A stretch of DNA of 64,000 nucleotides from assembly GCF_018977255.1 (NCBI RefSeq), contig NW_024704742.1, positions 47,680,001 to 47,744,000 of the forward strand, written 5' to 3'. The notes under the pieces were generated by a model, which saw nothing but the letters and a program-made list of their open reading frames with translations, made no database searches and was not told the DNA's origin. Below, one piece after another: positions 1 through 12,963 of this stretch. The DNA is from Callorhinchus milii (Eukaryota). The translations under genes and the position numbers were made by a program. Numbering within the stretch: position 1 is the first letter of the stretch; every line of letters starts with the position of its first letter.

Positions 1-540
1 GAATTAGAGCCATAGGCATGATGGCACTGACTGTATGGCTTCTGTTTGGTTCACGTTCAACTAAAGTTGAGGCTCATCTGAAGTTAATAAAATCTCTGGA
101 TGTTTAATCTGATACAGATTTTTATTTCACTTCCTGTTGTGCATTGATGGGAATGTCACACTTCCCAGACTAACTCCAGTTTGGTCAAAGTTGGCTTAAT
201 CTTTGTCCCAGATCCAATATCAATCTCCAGCAATGATGATCCCAGTAGAATTGACCACTTATTTTTCTTAAATGCAAGAACATTTCATAAATTATTTCAA
301 ATACAGTCTCCTTATCTATCCCAATAGAAGTTCTCAGGGTACAGGAACTTATCAGACTAATTTGCAATTTGTCATTCTTAACTCTGTTTAATGAGAGCAA
401 GTGTAATCTATAATATAATATAACAAAATATAATAGTATGTAATCCTGTTCACTAATATGTTATGATTTAAAAACTATACAATATACTGCCAAAACCGGT
501 TGAATTATATTAATCGTTTTCTAAACTGATATTTATTCTA

Positions 541-760
541 CTTTCCCCACTCCCTGTAACTCCATCCTGGAGTCCCTTCGACTTGCTCCCTCTCTCACCT
601 CTTTGAAGCCCTACCTCTGTGACTGCGCCTTCGATTATCTTTCCTTTCCCCACTCCTTCGGTTCTCACCCCCACCTCGAGTCCCAGGCCAGTATTGTTGA
701 GCACTTTGGGACGTCCTCTTGACGTGAAAAGTCCTACATAAATGTAAATTTGTATTGTAA
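541..760 (+). mobile_element. L2 3' end fragment
   Basis: Similar to the other L2 3' ends; ends GAGCACTTTGGGACGTCCTCTTGACGTGAAAAG...AAATGTAAATTTG. Confidence 0.7.
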
Positions 761-2154
761 AAGGTGTACATTTTCTAAAAGTGCAGGGAGTGCTGCAAGT
801 TTCCATCCAGTTATAATTTGCAATCAATTTTGTGATTACTTTTGAGAGATTAACAATACTTTCAAAAATGTAAATTTTGGTACTTTAATCAACTGAGGTT
901 TGAAAGTGACCATAAATTAAGATTAACTACAATATCTGGTACGTAAAATATACATGGGACAAGATAATTTTACTTGTATAGTAACTCATCAGAGATGAAG
1001 GGAATATTTGCAAACCAGAAGTGTATGTAAATGAAATTCTAGTTTGGTTTAAGGATGCTTTAAATGAAAAATTCCATGTTTATTCTTTGTTTCCCTGACA
1101 GTTTGAAGATCTTGTGTAAGAGATTAGTAAAAGGTGTTTGAAGATAAATAATTGCACATTTTAAAAATAAATGCTGTGTCCTGAGTATGTTTTCAATCTC
1201 ATTGCTGGTTTGGGTAGCAAGACTGCTTGACACAATTTAGACAGTTTTAACCCAAAACAATGTTCAATCATAAAAATGTCTAGCAATTTGGGTATCTTGA
1301 GATTTAAATGGTACTGAGTTGCAATTCCTAGTATAAAATAGATCTTGATTATATTGGTTTTAATCTGTTGCTGGATAATGGGTGGAATTTAAGATAACAT
1401 TTCTGTTTAATGATGTGCTTGCTTGTGGAAAACTCTAAAGGGTTGCCTTCTTTTCATTTTCTGTTCTTTGTTTTATTTATTTTATCAGTGTAAGTAAATC
1501 GCAAGTTTGTATGCATAAGAAAAGATGCATTTATGACGAGACAATACCTGATCTGTACTCTATGATGTTGAATGTACTGTGAGCTCTGGGGATGCAATTT
1601 CCAAGAGTGCATAAAATATTGTGTTGAATGTCTTCTTGTGATGAATTGCTTAATTAAAATGTTTTTACATAATTACTGGTCCTTCACTGTTGCTTGTATA
1701 GGACACGAATGTTCTGAATTAGAAATCTAATCTCTTTAGGGGGTGACTATGTGATCTGCCTAAAAACCCAGGATCTGTTTCTAACAAGATGATGTTAAAG
1801 GTTTATGAGATGATAACTGCAAGGAAATCTTTATTTGAAGATTAGACTGGAAAAAAATTTAACTGAGCAACATTCTTTCCTTCTGTAAATGAGCAATATT
1901 TTATACCTAATAATTTGATCATTTGACAATTATTAATAATAATCCTTACATTTAATATAGAACCTTATCGTGTCGTTGAGACGTCTCAAAGCGCTTCACA
2001 GAATGTACTGCAAAGTGAATTCACTGTATATTTTGTGAGTGAAAATTAATTGGGTCAGGATTGCATCCCTAAAGTTGTTGATATTTCCATAATTCTTTAA
2101 ACAAGCAATTTATTATCCAATATGAAGTGCAGGACTCATTGTGTGGAGGCAAAA

Positions 2155-2160
2155 AATAAA
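2155..2160 (+). other. Possible polyadenylation signal of an upstream gene
   Basis: AATAAA followed about 20-45 nt later by a GT/T-rich tract, at the end of a 2-kb AT-rich UTR-like stretch. Confidence 0.3.
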
Positions 2161-3259
2161 AGTGTATGACACATGACAATGTTTGCAGTTTGTGATTTTT
2201 TTTAAGTTGCTATTCTTAAACACAAACACTGTGTTGCAATTGTTTACGAATGCTTAAAGTTACACTTTCACTTATATTGCTTCCACATCCATTTATGACT
2301 CTGCCAGCTTTTATTTAACAGTTTCTATTCAACTATTGTACCTAAATTACATTCCTATGCTGTTTTAGGGAACATTGTACAAATACTTATTATTCCGATT
2401 ATTTTTACCATTCCGCAGATTTTTGTGTACAATATGTTTCAAGAATCTGAATAAATTGTGATTGTTGTTAAACGCTTGTTTGAGGGTTAATTTTAAGCTT
2501 ATTACATTACAATTCTTTAAGATTGCCTTTAAAATTGCTGAGCACGCTGGGACGCCACTCCGCATGAAGGGGGCTAGATAAATGCAAGTTGTTGTTGTTA
2601 TTAGTTGGGCATTCTTCATCATAACTGAGGAATCAAAATAATCTAAATTTTTGAAAAACTTGAAGTAACAAAAGCAACAAATGACATTTGTATAGCGCCC
2701 TTCACGTGGGAAGGATGTCCCAAGGGGCTGAAAGCAGTTTGAATAGAGCTCTGAAGCTATTTCGCCATATTATAAGCTAGAAGACACGACACTCAAATGC
2801 AGCATATTTATAATTCATAATTTTGAAGCCGATGCCAAATTCACTGAACTTTCACAATTCCCAGCAGCATTTCCCTTTTTGCCACGAGCCTCGGTGGGAA
2901 CTCGATCATAAAAAATAATTTGTGAAATTTTAATAAAATAAAGAAAATATTAATTTGCTCCATCTCTCTATTCCTGTAGCATGATTTATTCATCACAAGG
3001 AAGAAAGTGGAAAGAACATGAAGAGCAACTCAATGTTTAGTAGTCCCTTGTGGTGCTAGGAAGGAGAGCTATGCACATATATCACTGATGGCATTTCTTG
3101 ATTTAACAGATTCAGTACACATTTGTGCACTTAAAGAAATGACCACAATGTTGCTGAGAATACAAATTCTTCCTCATCCATTCCACTGTGCAACATGTAA
3201 CAAGAACTTTACTGACTTCCCACATGGGATGCCTGGGATACTATTTCCACAAAACTTGC

Positions 3260-3735
3260 TTTCGTGACCATACTCTTGGTTAACATTCCCTTTCCTCCCC
3301 ACCCCAGCTCGGGTGTCAAGCCAACTGTGTTAAGTGCTTTGGGATGTTCTCCTGACATGAAAAGTACTATGTAATTGTATTGTATCATCACACCAGTCGT
3401 TGCCAGGTTCCACTGGCCCACTATCATACAATGGATCAATTTCAAGATCCTCTCACTCGTCTACAAATCCCTTCACGTCATGGCACCTTCCTGCCTTTCT
3501 GACGTGCTTTGGCCCCACAGCACTAGCCACTGCCTCCTCTCAGCTGGCTCTGGCTCCTGCTTGATCCTCCTCGTGTTCCCCCACCCTGCTCCACCATCGG
3601 CGGCCGCGCTTTCAGCCACTATGTCCCGAGGTTTTGGAACCCACTCCCCCAATCCCTCCACCTTGTTCCGTCTTTTCCCTCTGTTAGATCATGACTGAAG
3701 ACCTCTCGCCCCCCCCCCCCCCCCCCGACTCAGTG
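3260..3735 (+). mobile_element. Two L2 fragments (3' tail, then HWP-region ORF2 piece)
   Basis: Translation ITPVVARFHWPTIIQWINFKILSLVYKSLHVMAPSCLSDVL; an L2-type tail ends near 3383. Confidence 0.8.
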
Positions 3736-3736
3736 T

Positions 3737-3993
3737 CCTGGGTTCGATTCCTGAGGATGAAACCTTGGTTTCCTTACTCCACATGCCTGATAATAATCCC
3801 TCAAGAAAAAAACAATAATGAAATTTGGCCACTTCAATCCACAACTTTTGTGGGAGACTGCTGTGCGCAATTGGCTGCTATGTTTTGTCCACGAATATGC
3901 ATTCAATTCACTTTACAGTATATTCTGTGAAGTGCTTTGAGATGTTTAGAAGATGTGAAAAGTGCTATATCAAATGCAAGAATTAATATTATT
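3737..3993 (+). mobile_element. Young tRNA-headed Deu-type SINE, 5'-truncated
   Basis: B box GGTTCGATTCC, core TGTGGGAGACTGCTGTGCGCAATTGGCTGC, ATT tail. Confidence 0.88.
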
Positions 3994-6311
3994 AGCAATA
4001 AAATCCCTTGGAATACAAAAGTGGTGAAGCGTAACACAGAAGAACAGCTTCAAGTCATACCAAATCTGAAGAGAAATGAAGGGTTGGCTGAGTGGGAGCT
4101 TTAGAAATGCAATTTGAATGAGGAAAACCATATCTAGGGTGAGTTATATAAGTGTCTCATTTATTCAACTTCCACATGCAAATTATACAGTATACCAAAT
4201 TTAGGGGAGGGAAATGATGCTATCTTACTGAGAACCTGTACCTTCAGGCCAGTATTGTAGCATCAAAGATTTTATTGTATTGAGCTATCAAGATAGTGAT
4301 GCTTTGTAAAAATATGAAATCTGCTGTAGGTCACTGCCTTGCAGATGCCTCAAGAGGAGCTTCACATATGTGTAATTAATATGAGCCAATTTTCACAGGA
4401 AGTAAAACTCCACTGTCCAATTTGCTAAAAAAAATTGTTTAGTAAGAGGTTACTTGAAGTCTGTTTCCCCTAAGAAATTCTTAATTGCTTAGACTGATGA
4501 AAGATTTGTTTTGCTACATAAACGACTTTGCACTTTAATTAAGTACTTCCTTGCAGTGGCACAAATGTGAAGTGGTTGTGAAACTTCGGAACCGTTTCCT
4601 GAGGAAAACAAAATGAGAAGCCGTGGGCTCAAAAAAGAATAGGCTTGGGAATTGCCAATCTGTAATGCTCAACAAGGAAATATGTAATTCAATTGCCATA
4701 AGATAAAGCAGGGTTTTCCCATTAGTCCAGGTGTATAGACAAAAAATATGCACCATAATTTTACCTGAAAGAACTTATGACTGATGTTTTATTTTAAAAT
4801 TATTGATTCTGTCTAAAACACTGTCTGGTATAGCCTTCCTCCAAGTCAGCTGGGGTGAATCTGTGTCATGTTTCTCACTGCACCATGTCTTCAGTGGGGA
4901 AATTGGGTCAAACGGCATGTGAGCAGCAACATGCATCTGTGGTCTGCCCCACTTACTGTATTAATGCTTTCTACAACTGCAATGACAAACTAAATAATTC
5001 AGTCACTTTAAAGGAGCGATTGGTATGCTTTTGTTTGGAACGTAGTTATGGTTTTCAATGCAATAGGTTTGAAAAAGCAGTGGTTCACAACAGGAATCAC
5101 TGAGAGCAACTCAGAGACTCTAGTGCAGAATGAATTAACAGTGCATCACAGTCAACTTGTTTATGGTGGTTCAGAGTGAGTATCCATTAATCTGTGTCCT
5201 ACAAGTTATCATCAGGATTCCCAATTAATGAGTCTTAATCACTATTAGTGCATCCCATGGCAAACTGCTGTTTCTTGACCTGATATTGTATCATTCATTC
5301 ACAGTCTTATTTTCTCTGGTAATTCACAATTTTTTTCAACAGACATTACAGACATTGCACAACAACAACTGGACCACAGCTGTGTTCTTATCACTGGTAC
5401 AATTGGAAGGGTTCCCCCTCCCCCCAATAAAAGCTACAAAGAAAGCGAGTCTCCACATGGATGAAGGTTTGATGCTTTTGTTCTGTGGGCTGGAATACTC
5501 TGAATATTAAAAATAGAACATTGATCGTATTGATTACTGTACCGTAATTCAAACGGTCGCAGATTTCTCGCTAAATCATCTGAGCTTCAGACAGATTATA
5601 AACTTTATGGAGGTAATAGATAGCTGGAAACTTGAATGATTTTCAGGCATGATGAATCAGAGCTCCCAGAAATACCATTACGGCACAGAGAATGAAAACA
5701 GCAGGAAAAAAATAGAATTTTAATTACATTTTTCATCAATGTCTTTCTTTCTTAATCTGTATAGATTAAGGGATTTGAAGAAATGTTTGTAATACATGAG
5801 ATTTAGGAGCTTAAAACGTTATCTGTCACATCTTTGTAGCAGATTGATGTACTTTCAACAGCCTTATTATGTTTCAAGCTTTGCTGAACAACTGTGAATG
5901 GACCTTTTTTCTTTATTCCTCTTCTGAAGATGGCAACTGATACTTGGTACCAGCTTCCATTTATCTCAAACACTTGTTCACATGTAACAACCTGGAAAGT
6001 GAATGTTCAACTGTGGGGATAATTATGGCTGAGCCCAGTCCTACCGATACCAAATGTCTAAACATTCACTTCCAGAAGGAAGTGTAGAAGATCAGAGTGA
6101 GTATCATGCCTGATATCTTCCCAGCACCCTCACTGCATAGAGTTACTATTCCTGCTGACTGGTGAATCAGTAACAAAGAAACATCAACTCAAGATTTTCC
6201 CTGGAACAGTTAAAGAAAAGGTTCGAAGAGTTCTTTCATTCAGAAGCTTATTATAATATGGAATATTTTACCACAAATGACTATTAATGTGGAGACCATA
6301 ATAATATTAAT

Positions 6312-6735
6312 AAGCCTTGCCTTTTTTTATAGCTCCTTTTACATCAGGAGAATGTCTCAAAGTGCTTCACAGGATATATTGTAACGTGTAGATACTGTGT
6401 GCTTCGTGAGAGAAAACAGAAGCCAATTTTTGTGCACAGCAATGTCCCACAAATGAATGATCATTTTATTTATTTATTTATTTATTTGGGGGATTGTTGG
6501 CCAGGACACTAGGACAAACTCCCTTCTCTTTTCGAATAGTGCCATGGGATCTTTAACATCCAGTCAAACAGGGAGATGGGACCTCAGTTTAATGTGTCGT
6601 CCAAATGCCAGCACCTTCAACAATGCAGCATTGCATTGGGGTGTCAATTCGGATTACATGAGTTCCAACTCTTGATGTCAGGCTTGAAGCCCACAACCTT
6701 CTGACTCGGAAGCAAGAGTCCTACCTACTGAGCCA
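6312..6735 (-). mobile_element. Older DeuSINE (SacSINE1-like), full length
   Basis: tRNA-like head (GGCTCAGTAGGTAGGACTCTTGCTTCCGAGTCAGAAGGTTGTGGGCTTCAAGCC) and long Deu-type body (GATGTTAAAGATCCCATGGCACTATTCG...). Related copies at about 10120-10372(-), 27680-28080(-), 39200-39380(+) and 56060-56400(+). Confidence 0.78.
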
Positions 6736-6798
6736 GTTTGACCACATAACAACATGTAAAAGGGAACTGGATAAACATTTGAAGAAGAATATGTAAAG

Positions 6799-8597
6799 CA
6801 TAACATAACATGCAGGAGTAGGCCATTCGGCCCTTCGAGCCTGCCCCGCCATTCAATCATGGCTGATCTTCTAATCTAACTCCAGCTAATAACCTGACCC
6901 TGCCTTATCCCCATATCCCTTAATCCCTTTTGCAATAAGAGATCTATCTCAGTCTTGAATATGTTCAAGGACTGAGCGTCAACAGCCCTTTGGGGTAGTG
7001 AGTTCCATACATTCACCACCCTTTGAGTGAAGAAGTTCTTCCTCAACTCAGTGCGAAAGGGCTGGCCTCTGATTTTAAGGTTGTGACCCTTGGTTTTAGT
7101 TTCTCCAACCAGGGGAAACAACCTCCCACTATCTACTCTATCATGCCCTTTGATGATCTTATAGGTTTCTATAAAATCCCCTCTAATTTTTGTACATTCC
7201 AGAGAATATAGGCCCAAATTGGTCAGCCTATCCTTGTAACTCATCCCCTTCATCCCTGGCACTAACCTAGTAAATCTACGCTGCACCCCCTCCAAGGCAA
7301 GTACATCCTTCCTTAAATAAGGAGACCAAAACTGCACATAGTATTCCAGGTGTGGCCTCACCAGGGCCCTATACAGTTGCAGCAAGACTTCCCTACTCTT
7401 ATACTCTAATCCTTTCATACTGAATGCTAACATACCGTTCGCCTTCCCAATTGCTGCTGCACCTGCAGACTAACTTTCTGTGATTGGTGTACAAGGACAT
7501 CCAAGTCCCTCTGGACGCCAACACATTCCAGACTCTCCCCTTCTAAAAAATAACCCGCTCTACTGTTTTTGCTACCGAGGTGGATGACTTCGCACTTCCC
7601 TACATTATACTTCATCTGCCACCTACCTGCCCAATCACCTAACCTATCTATGTCACACTGCATTTTTTTAATGTTGTCCTCTGTGTTGACACTTCCTCCT
7701 AGTTTTGTATCATCCGCAAATTTAGATATATTAACTTCGATGTCCTCATCTAGATTGTTGATGTAGATGGTAAATAGCTGAGGCCCAAGGACTGATCCTT
7801 GTGGCACTCCACTAGTCACATCCCGCCAATCTGAAAAGGACCCGTTTATCCCTATTCTTTGTTTCCTACCCGTTAACCATTCCCCAATCCACGTTAATAT
7901 GCTCCCCCCAATTCCATGGGCCCTTATCTTTTGGACTAACCTTTTATGCGGCACCTTATCGAATGCCTTCTGGAAGTCCAAATAGACCACATCCACTGAT
8001 TCACCCTTATCTAGTTTATTGGAAATATCCTCAAAAAACTCTGAGATTTGTCAAACATGACTTCCCTTTTGTAAAGCCATGTTGACTTGGCCTAATTATA
8101 TTGTGCTCCCCTAAATAACGCACTACCACATCCTTAATCAATGATTCTAAAATGTTTCCCATCACTGATGTGAGACTAACTGGCCTATAGTTCCCCATCT
8201 TTTCCTTTCCACCTTTTTTAAATAGTGGTGTGACATTTGCGATCTTCCAATCCATGGGGACTGTTCCAGAATCCAAGGAATTTTGGAAGATCAGACACAA
8301 GGCCTCCACTATCTCATAAGCTACCTCTTTTAAAAATCTGGGATGCAAGCCATCCGGACCAGGGGATTTGTCACTTTTTAGTGCCAACAGTTTCCCTAAC
8401 ACCAATTCTCTACTAATGAAAATTTCCCTAAGTTGCTCCCTGTCCTTATCCCCTTGGTGCATCTCTATTGTTGGCAGACTTGTTATGTCTTCTAGGGTGA
8501 AGACAGATGCAAAGTACCCATTTAGGCACTCTGCCATGTCCTTATCCCCCATTACAACTTCTCCCGTCTCTGACTGAAGTGGACCTACATTTACCCT
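6799..8597 (-). mobile_element. CR1-clade LINE, 5'-truncated, frameshifted ORF2 (reverse transcriptase)
   Basis: ORFs 8031-8552, 7427-7996 and 6876-7433 carry YRPVSLTS, QHGFTKGKS, LDFQKAFDKVPH, GVPQGSVLGP, FADDTKL and FFTQRVVNVWNSLP. The 3' end has GGGCCGAATGGCCTACTCCTG plus an (ATGTT)n tail. Confidence 0.95.
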
Positions 8598-8689
8598 AGG
8601 GAAAGATGAAAAATGGAATTAAAGTAGCTCCAGTGAAGGATCAAGCACCAGTGTAGGCTCAGTGGGCTCCTAGGCTCCTTCTGGGATAT

Positions 8690-9430
8690 AATAACAACTT
8701 TCATTTATATAGGACCCTCCACACAAGGTAGTGTTTTAGAATTCTTAACAGTGGCGGAGCCTGACTCTGAGCCAGGGGGCGGAGGTGGCCATAAGCATGG
8801 TCGAAGAGGAAGGTTTTCAGGTGGGACTTGAAAAAGTAGAGAGAGGGGGCAAGGCGGAGGGATTGGGGGAGAGTGTTCCAGAGTTTCAGAGCATAGTGGC
8901 TGAAATCTCGACTTCCGATGGTGGGGCGGAAGATGCGAGGGACGAGCAGGAGGCCAGTGCCAGTCGAGCGGAGGTGCTGGGTGGTGGAATGGGGAGTGAG
9001 GAGGTCGGAGAGGTAGGGAGGTGCCAGAGAGTGAAGGGATTTAAACACGAGTGTGAGCATCTTGAAGCCGATCTGTTCGGTGATGGGGAGCCAGTGGAGC
9101 CTGGCCAGAACTGGTGAGATGAGGGTACGAAGTTTGGTCCGGGTCTGTATGTGGGCAGCTCTGAATGAGCTGGATCTTTTGAATAGTGGAGCTGGGGGAC
9201 TGGCGAGGAGTGGGTTTGAGTAATCCAGGCGGGAGGTGACAAAGACATGCACAACGGTTTCGGCTGCATTTGGGGTAAGGTACGGTCGGAGGCGGGAAAT
9301 GTGGCGGAGGTGGAAGAGGCCGGTCCTGGTCAGGGATTGGATGTGGGGGAGGAAGGACAGCTGGGGGTCGAACCAGACGCCTAGATTGCACACTGATTCG
9401 GTGAGTTTGAGGGAGGTTCTAGGTTTCAAA
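8690..9430 (-). mobile_element. L2-clade LINE 3' fragment
   Basis: ORF 8701-9429: NLGVWFD, VTSRLDYSN, LHWLPI, LAPPYLSDLL, LWNTLP, FKSHLKTFLF; tail TATATAAATGAAAGTTGTT. Confidence 0.92.
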
Positions 9431-9719
9431 CCCAGTGGACCCAGTCAAACCATTACTGTTTAGAGTTGCTAAGATAAATTATCTGAAATTATCTTTCTTG
9501 GTTTGGGAGTATTCATTTGGGTGGGAGTATTTCTGCCAATTATTCTCCATTTTTCTCTTTCAAATTCAGTGTTTGGTTTCAATCTTTGGTGTGCAGAGAA
9601 GAACCAGTCCATACAGAGTAAATAATTTGACTTTCTTTAACTCGATTCCAGTTATTTCCTAATGAGTCTTTTCAGATCTTAAATAATAGAATGTTAAACA
9701 TTTAAATATTTTCCACATT

Positions 9720-10060
9720 CACGACTCTGACATATCTAGAAGAACAGTATATGGTTATAAATGGAATAGAGAAAGTTAACCAGGAAAATACTTTCAGATA
9801 CTCCAAAGCAGCATGACAAGATGGCACAGGCTCGGCTCAGGGATCGTGATGAGCAATTTTAGGACAAACATCAGACATATTTCTTCACACAGTGAATAGA
9901 CAGCTGGAACTATTACCAGAAAGAGGCAAGGGTGGTGTATTCATTTTAGAAAAAGTTTGACAGTGAAACGGAAAGAAAATAGGATGGGTTTTCTGGAGGA
10001 TAAGATCAAATGAGCTGAAGGAGCTTCTTCATTAATCTCTCTCTTTTGTAATCTTGTGAA
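9720..10060 (+). mobile_element. Degenerate CR1 3' fragment
   Basis: Resembles 62870-63140 (gaaaaagtaaacccag...ttcttcacacagtg...aacagctggaac). Confidence 0.55.
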
Positions 10061-12033
10061 ATATGTTTGGCTATGCCAGAGAAGTGCCTCTACATTGCAA
10101 AGGTGAAGTGAAGACTCGTAAGATAACTTAACGATTGTTATGCTCAGGGATTGTTGCCCAGGTCATCAGAAGAAACTTTCTTCTCTTTTTGAAGATCCAT
10201 CAACAGGCAGATGGGACCTCCGTTTAATGTCTCATCCAAAGAGCGGCACCTCAAACAGTGAACGCCCCCCAGCACTGCTGTGTTATTCTCAACTATGTGA
10301 ATTAAAAATCACAGCGTTGGGCTTGTACCCATAACTTTGTGACTTAGAGGCGAGAGTGCTCCCAGCTAAACCAGATTTACACATATACAGTTAATGTGGG
10401 ACAGAATGGGCAAAAACTGGTAAAATGCCTCTAAAATAATACATGCACAGTATTTTTTATGAGAAAGACAAGACAGAATTCAAGTTTATCAGCACTTTAA
10501 GAATTTAGTTGAATTTTACATTTGATTGAGAGATTAATGGTATTCACTGTCTACTCTCTTCATTATTTTAAAAGCCAGAATCCTATCTCCTCAATCATTT
10601 CTCAGAGAATAATCCTACTTCCTTTGTCTGATGTAAATAAACAGCCATCCAAGTCATATTTATTACTCTCAATTGCACCCCCTGTAATGACACAAGCCAT
10701 GATGTTTTCATGAGAAAGGATCGAGTGAGTTCTTTCACTTAATCACAAGCTCTGGTAAACCAGAATTTTTTCAGAAATTAAAACATTATGAATTTTTGAA
10801 TCCAGAGATTTGTTATTCCTCATGAAAATGTTTGAATCACTATAAACAGATTCACTGAATGGAATTTTTTTGTTTTCTTTTTTGGTTAAATCAATGATTT
10901 AGGGTTATAAGGCTAAGTAAAGACAATCAAGTACCCTATGGAAAACTGTATATGCTGGTGGAACTATGGAAACATTACTCGTGCAAAGTTATTAGTTAAT
11001 GCTAAATCATTTGGGTTCTAATGTCAACCAGCCTATCCCATCCCAACAATTCCAGCATTTAGTCTCAGGCTAAAGATATTGAGCGACATGCTCTTTGTAT
11101 AATTTTTAGATTTGTCTCATATTTGCACTAGAGGTTTGACTTTACAATCACAAGCTCCTCCATTCTGCATCGCTATAAATTACCCACTTGTTCCCATTGC
11201 TCAGATTCTTCATCATGCCACCGAAGTACTCTGCATGACATAATGTATTGACTGAGGCACTCTGCTACTTATTGCCTTCCCAAATCTATATACTTACAGC
11301 ATTGTCTAATTCCCATCTCTGCTTTTATCATTGGTCCCTATGGAGCAAGCATTGTAAGGAAAAACATTTCCCTCAATTTCATATTCCGTTTGTGGGATTC
11401 CTCCTAGTGAACACTGGTTCAAAGAGGCACATTTTAGAGAGATTATTCTCAATATGACAGGTAAACCTTTGCCTGTGTGTGCTTTAAATAAAAGCTTTAA
11501 TACTGCTTACACTTTAGACAAGTTAACTACTGCAGAATAAATATACAATCTAAACAGGAATTTGCCAGAATATATGGATAAATATATGATGTAGATGAAA
11601 AAAGGTGATTGAAGTGGACCAAAAGAGCACAACTAGTGGTCATTCATAAGTTTAAAATTAAAAAGCATGAAGTGGGACTAGAGAATAGAGGATTTTCTTT
11701 AGCACCAAGAAGTGGATATTTATAAAAGATTTCCTACATCAATAAACTTCAATTTGAAAGCATGAGTTTCTATTTGAGGATATGGATGAAAACTGTGATA
11801 AAAGGACACAATGCTTTCTCTGTGTCTTGGGCCATAGATGGGATGGGGAGGCGAGTTATCACACATGACCATTATAAACACTCACTATAAAGAGACCGGT
11901 AGAATACTGAAGCTCAGGGTCCGCCTGTAGTTGTAGCATGACTGTGCTGATAATTTATTTTTGTAAATAATATTTTGCTATTGAAATGCAGCATCAGAAG
12001 GGAGGTATCATGTCAAAGCATTTACTGTATATT

Positions 12034-12362
12034 ATAATAATAATAATAATAATCCTTGCATTTGATATAGCGCTTTTCACGTCGGGAGGACGTCCCAAAG
12101 CGCTTCACAGAACACACTGTAAAGTGAATTGACTGTATATTTGTGGGCAAACGCGGCAGCCAATTGCGCACAGCAATGTCCCACAAACAGTCGTGGATTG
12201 AAAATGACCAATTTATTATTATTGTATTTTTTTTGGAGGGATTATTATTAGGCGTGTGGAGTAAGGAAACTTGCCCAAGGTTTCGCCCTCTGCCTGGAAT
12301 TGAACTCAGGTCTCTCACTTGCAAAGCGAGTGCTCTAACCACTGAGCTACAGAACTTCCACA
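12034..12362 (-). mobile_element. Young tRNA(Ala-like)-headed Deu-type SINE, full length
   Basis: A box TAGCTCAGTGG, B-box-like GAGTTCAATTCC, Deu-like core, L2-like tail, (ATT)n. Confidence 0.93.
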
Positions 12363-12716
12363 TGAAGTATGCTCTTAAAGCTTGGTTCAGCAGTGTTTAT
12401 CTTTATAAAACCAGTTGAGTACCATGTAAACAATTGCTTGTTCTCTGGATTGAATACTTTGTTGAACGACACAATAGCAATTTTGCCTAGGGCTAAACTT
12501 TGTCCCTTCAAAGTTTGTCTGAGTGATCTTGGTTTCATAACCAATTTCTAAAACTGCAATGTCTGTTCTTTTCATTTGTCTCCCTGTCAGGTGTATAAAT
12601 TCAAAATCAACCAGTGTGCTACTTTTGTGTCCTCAGGGTTCAGTTGAAGCAAAGTCAGCAGTAATTTGACTGATGTGCTTTAAGTGACATTCTTTATGAC
12701 GTCCTTTTTTGTTTTC

Positions 12717-12963
12717 ATCAGACTGGTGTCTGACATGTGGAGAAACCCACCATCATGCTGAAGAGTATCCAAACCAAACTGAGATTTCCACGCATCCCAT
12801 CTATACAGGAACATCCCAGGGATAGATTAACGGAATGGTATGCACACTCTCTCCATTGAGGGACACATCCTGCTTACCTAATTCCAGAAAGGATTAGGCG
12901 TAGGTTGATAGGCTTAGGGACCCTGCAGTGTAACCAGCTAAAACTGCATAACTTGCCATTGAT
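12717..12963 (-). repeat. Same unclassified repeat, truncated copy
   Basis: GGTGTCTGACATGTGGAGAAACCC...AAGAGTATCCAAACCAAACTGAGA...CCTAATTCCAGAAAGGATTAGG. Confidence 0.8.

Noticed and set aside
5540..5685. MITE or conserved element bounded by TACCGTAAT/ATTACGGCA
   Set aside because: Only a 9-bp imperfect inverted repeat, with no second copy or TSD support.
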